Assembly (NCBI GenBank): GCA_003427395.1
Contig: BFEA01000011.1
Location: 4,641,543 to 4,705,542, forward strand
Source: Chara braunii
Taxonomy: Eukaryota > Plantae > Charophyceae
Length of the DNA stretch: 64,000 bases
Direction: 5' to 3'
Under the pieces are notes generated by a model. That model was not told where the DNA came from. It saw only the letters and a program-made list of their open reading frames with translations, and made no database searches. The position numbers and the translations under genes are program-made. Position 1 is the stretch's first letter, and every line of letters starts with the position of its first letter. Below, one piece after another: positions 60,865-64,000 of this stretch.

Positions 60865-60959
60865 TTAAGAAGGTGATAAGAGCCCCACTCCTGAAGTGGT
60901 GCCCTGTGTTGAAGGCTCCATCTATTGGTGGGGGGAGCTGACCTCCGCCCTGGGATTAA

Positions 60960-61140
60960 CTGGCCTAGCTCAGTTGGTACACTACAGAACTGTTGAAATA
61001 CAGACCTGAGTTCGAACTTCGAACTCCACTCGAAGCAGACGAAGCAGACGTGTAAAATACTGTGAATTCGGATAACCTACCTAGGGCCAGTCGGTCCAAA
61101 TGATGATATCTCAAGGTCGTTGCCCTTTTGAAAAAGGGAA
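60960..61140 (+). mobile_element. tRNA-derived SINE
   Basis: TAGCTCAGTTGGTACAC (A box), GAGTTCGAAC (B box), 3' TGATGATATCTCAAGGTCGTTGCCCTTTTG. Confidence 0.78.
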
Positions 61141-61477
61141 GAACGCACTCAGAGTATCGTTTCAGTCACAACCACTCCATCATGCGCAGCTTGACCTGTG
61201 CCTCTCTTCTGAGCGGCCGTCAGTCCGGTTGCTTTTCACCGGCAAGCAGAAACTGCATCATGAAAAGAAGCCAGAAGAAAGGTCCTCAGACCAGGTGCCG
61301 CGGGCCGCAGACAGCCTGCCAGTATTCCACTTGATCTCCATGCCCTGCCAAGTGGCATCGTAAGCTGACTGTTTGTAGCCGGAGGACGCCTCGACAATAC
61401 AAGTGGCAGTGACAAAAGATAGCGGTGGGTGCGCACCTGAACATAGTCCTCATGTGATATGATAATACAGGTGTCAG

Positions 61478-61820
61478 TGACCACAGCGGCAGGCTCAGAC
61501 CATACCCTCCTCAAGTGAGCGAGTCAGCATTACAAAGCAACTGCAGGTGAGTTCGCACCCTCCTCAAGTGAGTTAGTTAAGCAGTACAAAGCAACCTCGG
61601 GCGATTCATACCATACGCTTCTCAAGTGAGTCAGTCAGCAGTGCAAAGCGACCACAGCGGCCGGTTCATACCATACCCTGCTCAAGTGAGTCAGTTGAGC
61701 AGTAGAAAGCAACCTCAGGCGGGTTCATACCCTCCTCAAGTGAGTCAGTTAGCAGTAGAAAGTGACCACAGCGGCGAGTTCATACCATACCCTCCTCAAG
61801 TGAGTCAGTTAAGCAGTACA
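61478..61820. repeat. ~55-60-bp minisatellite, ~6 copies
   Basis: CATACCCTCCTCAAGTGAGTCAGTT.AGCAGTA.AAAGC repeated. Confidence 0.88.
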
Positions 61821-63434
61821 TGCAGCTTATGGACTGCTGCTCACCCAACTTGCAGGGCCATCTCCCCCCCCACCGCTATCAATTGCCCATCCATTGAGCG
61901 CCCAGCTCAGCGGCAGCCGTACTGATCTGTGTTTCTCAGTATACACCACCCCCTCTCTCATTCCAATGGTATGTTCACATTGCCGACCAGGACACCAACC
62001 ATCTGCTGCACGAACGGCATCCGTACCTGCTGATGCGCGTGGTAGGCACCACTGAAAAGTCTATGGAAGAGCTGAATGGTCGTCGTATTATTTGTTGTCC
62101 CTGCCTGGCTAAGAGCATATCCTCACACTGAGACTTTTCGAGATGCATATGGCCGCATTTACAGTCAGATTCGGCTAAAAAGTTCTTCTTTGAATAATAC
62201 CGCAGATGCCCTAAGAGAAAGATTTTCACCACCACTTTGTGGAAGAGAGGGATATTTGCAAAAAAGCCCTCATCAATACTTCAGAGCTTGCTTGGCCTTA
62301 CTGGCCTGGCATACCCAGCTGCAGCATAATGCTGTGAATGAGCCCCCCTCATACATCTCCACACTGCGCAACAACATTCTAAATGTATCTGGGGCTGAGC
62401 AGTGGTCCCAGTACATTGAAGACGTTCGAACGGTCCAAATGCACATGCTCCATAAAACAGTCCAGATACGTATCGAACATTTGAGAACTGGAGCCAGACG
62501 CAATACCGCTGCCCCCAGAAAGAGCAACATGCACATCACATCTGCGACTGTAATAATAAGAAGGAACAAGCGTAATAGGGCCTCTTTCTACTATGCAACA
62601 CTACATGCATTTGGACGCTTTCTCCACCAGGTGCATTGAGACGAATCTAACATTCTTAACGTACCTGGTTCAGATTTTTGTCCACATGCATGTAGAGTGT
62701 TGTGTAGTGGATCCAGGCCCCTAAGAAAAGGACCAAAACTGCAGAGCCCTCCATTCATCAACAGTGGTGGTCTGCAGGTGGGTTCTTCCTTCTCCCCAGT
62801 GAAGATAACGTGACGCGACGCGACATGCGTCACGACACGCCACGACATGAGATGACACGTGACTGATTTGTCGGCCTCTGTCCACCCTAGTATCTATCAT
62901 CCAACACCTCTTCCCCTTGACATGGCCCCCAAGATGGACACCTCTGGCACAAGTGGTTAACCGGGACCGCCACTTTCAGCTAGTAACCCCCATTTTCAGC
63001 TCGCGAGTAACCCCCACTTTCAGGTCGTGAGTAACGGGTCCAAAACTGAAATTAGGGTTTGGGGGTAAAATTTTATGTTTTTTTGGGTTTCTTTTTTCTT
63101 TTTTGCGTGTTCTTGTTTTGGTTTAAGGTTGCTGTGTGGCAAATTTGGTATCATTTGGGCCATTGGAATTTCCTCTGATGAGATTGCTGAAATTTCTCAA
63201 GATTTCTGAAATTGGAATGTTGGCAAAATTTCATGAAAGTGCACTTTTGCCTTTTTTTTTTCTTTCTTCTTTTTTTCTTTTTTTTGGTAAGTAGTTAATA
63301 TGATCTCCACTCTATGAATTGGTGCCAAGTTTGGTTAAATAATAAAATGACCCTTGGGTTCTCTTCTAAATGGCATCAGAATTTGTCTGAAAATTGAGGC
63401 CTCCCTTAACCGCCTCTCATCTCTGGACCACAGC

Positions 63435-63496
<62 letters not shown>

Positions 63497-63928
63497 CCAT
63501 AGAAGTCAACCAACCTCATCAATGACTTGCACAGCAGACGCGAGGCATTGCCTCCAGCCAAAACGTTCACGACATAACAGAAGAAAGAGATCGCCAGAGG
63601 CACCCAGCTCATGTGACTCATTGGGACAAATATACCTGAGTTTGAACCCTGATGGAATAAAATAACTCCGAATTGCCTGGGGCCGGTCAGGAAAGAAAAA
63701 AAGAGAGCGACTGAGGTAGATTCTGAAGCAATGGGGTATAGCTGGCAAGGTTGGCCTCGGCGCTCTGCGTACACAGTGACAGAGACACATGTGATCAAGT
63801 TCTCAAGACTACCATGGGGAACAGTTAGAAACCATCTCGTCCTTTTCGCACAGCCATCTTCAGACAAGCGCATGTCTTCTCTCCATGAACAAGCTGGTGG
63901 TCCTGGAAAGGATACCTTGCATGTATGC

Positions 63929-64000
<72 letters not shown>

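Noticed and set aside
61930-62850. Protein-coding gene (187-aa ORF at 62076-62639)
   Set aside because: No recognisable domain or splice structure.

Overview
Repeat-rich, gene-poor eukaryotic nuclear DNA from a streptophyte plant. Evidence: TTTAGGG repeats, plant-type U6 and RPS3, plastid and mitochondrial inserts. The diverged plastid 23S fragment hints at a non-angiosperm lineage, which I cannot confirm. It is a short-read draft with N gaps and an embedded Nextera mate-pair junction adapter. Only two intact protein genes are supportable, both with intron-free CDS: an R3H + IGHMBP2/Upf1-like SF1 helicase (3774-7382, +) and RPS3 (35230-35922, -). The rest is decayed LINE and Gypsy sequence, tRNA-derived SINEs, MITE/hAT/MULE families, two U6 retrocopies, organellar inserts and microsatellites. 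The most notable signal is a family of short non-coding insertions carrying a type III hammerhead ribozyme: two complete folds (19605-19662, 43344-43401) and three partial copies. They sit in (TA)n or (CA)n microsatellites. The (TA)n-type copies share a 3' end but have variable 5' ends, one starts essentially at the ribozyme cleavage site, and 8-11 nt stubs of the 3' end occur in other TA tracts. This suggests a microsatellite-targeted, ribozyme-processed retroelement (Penelope-like or retrozyme-like). A family of TTAA-flanked MITEs with ACCACCAGTAC termini is also notable. All alignments and folds were done by eye, so boundaries of degenerate elements are approximate.
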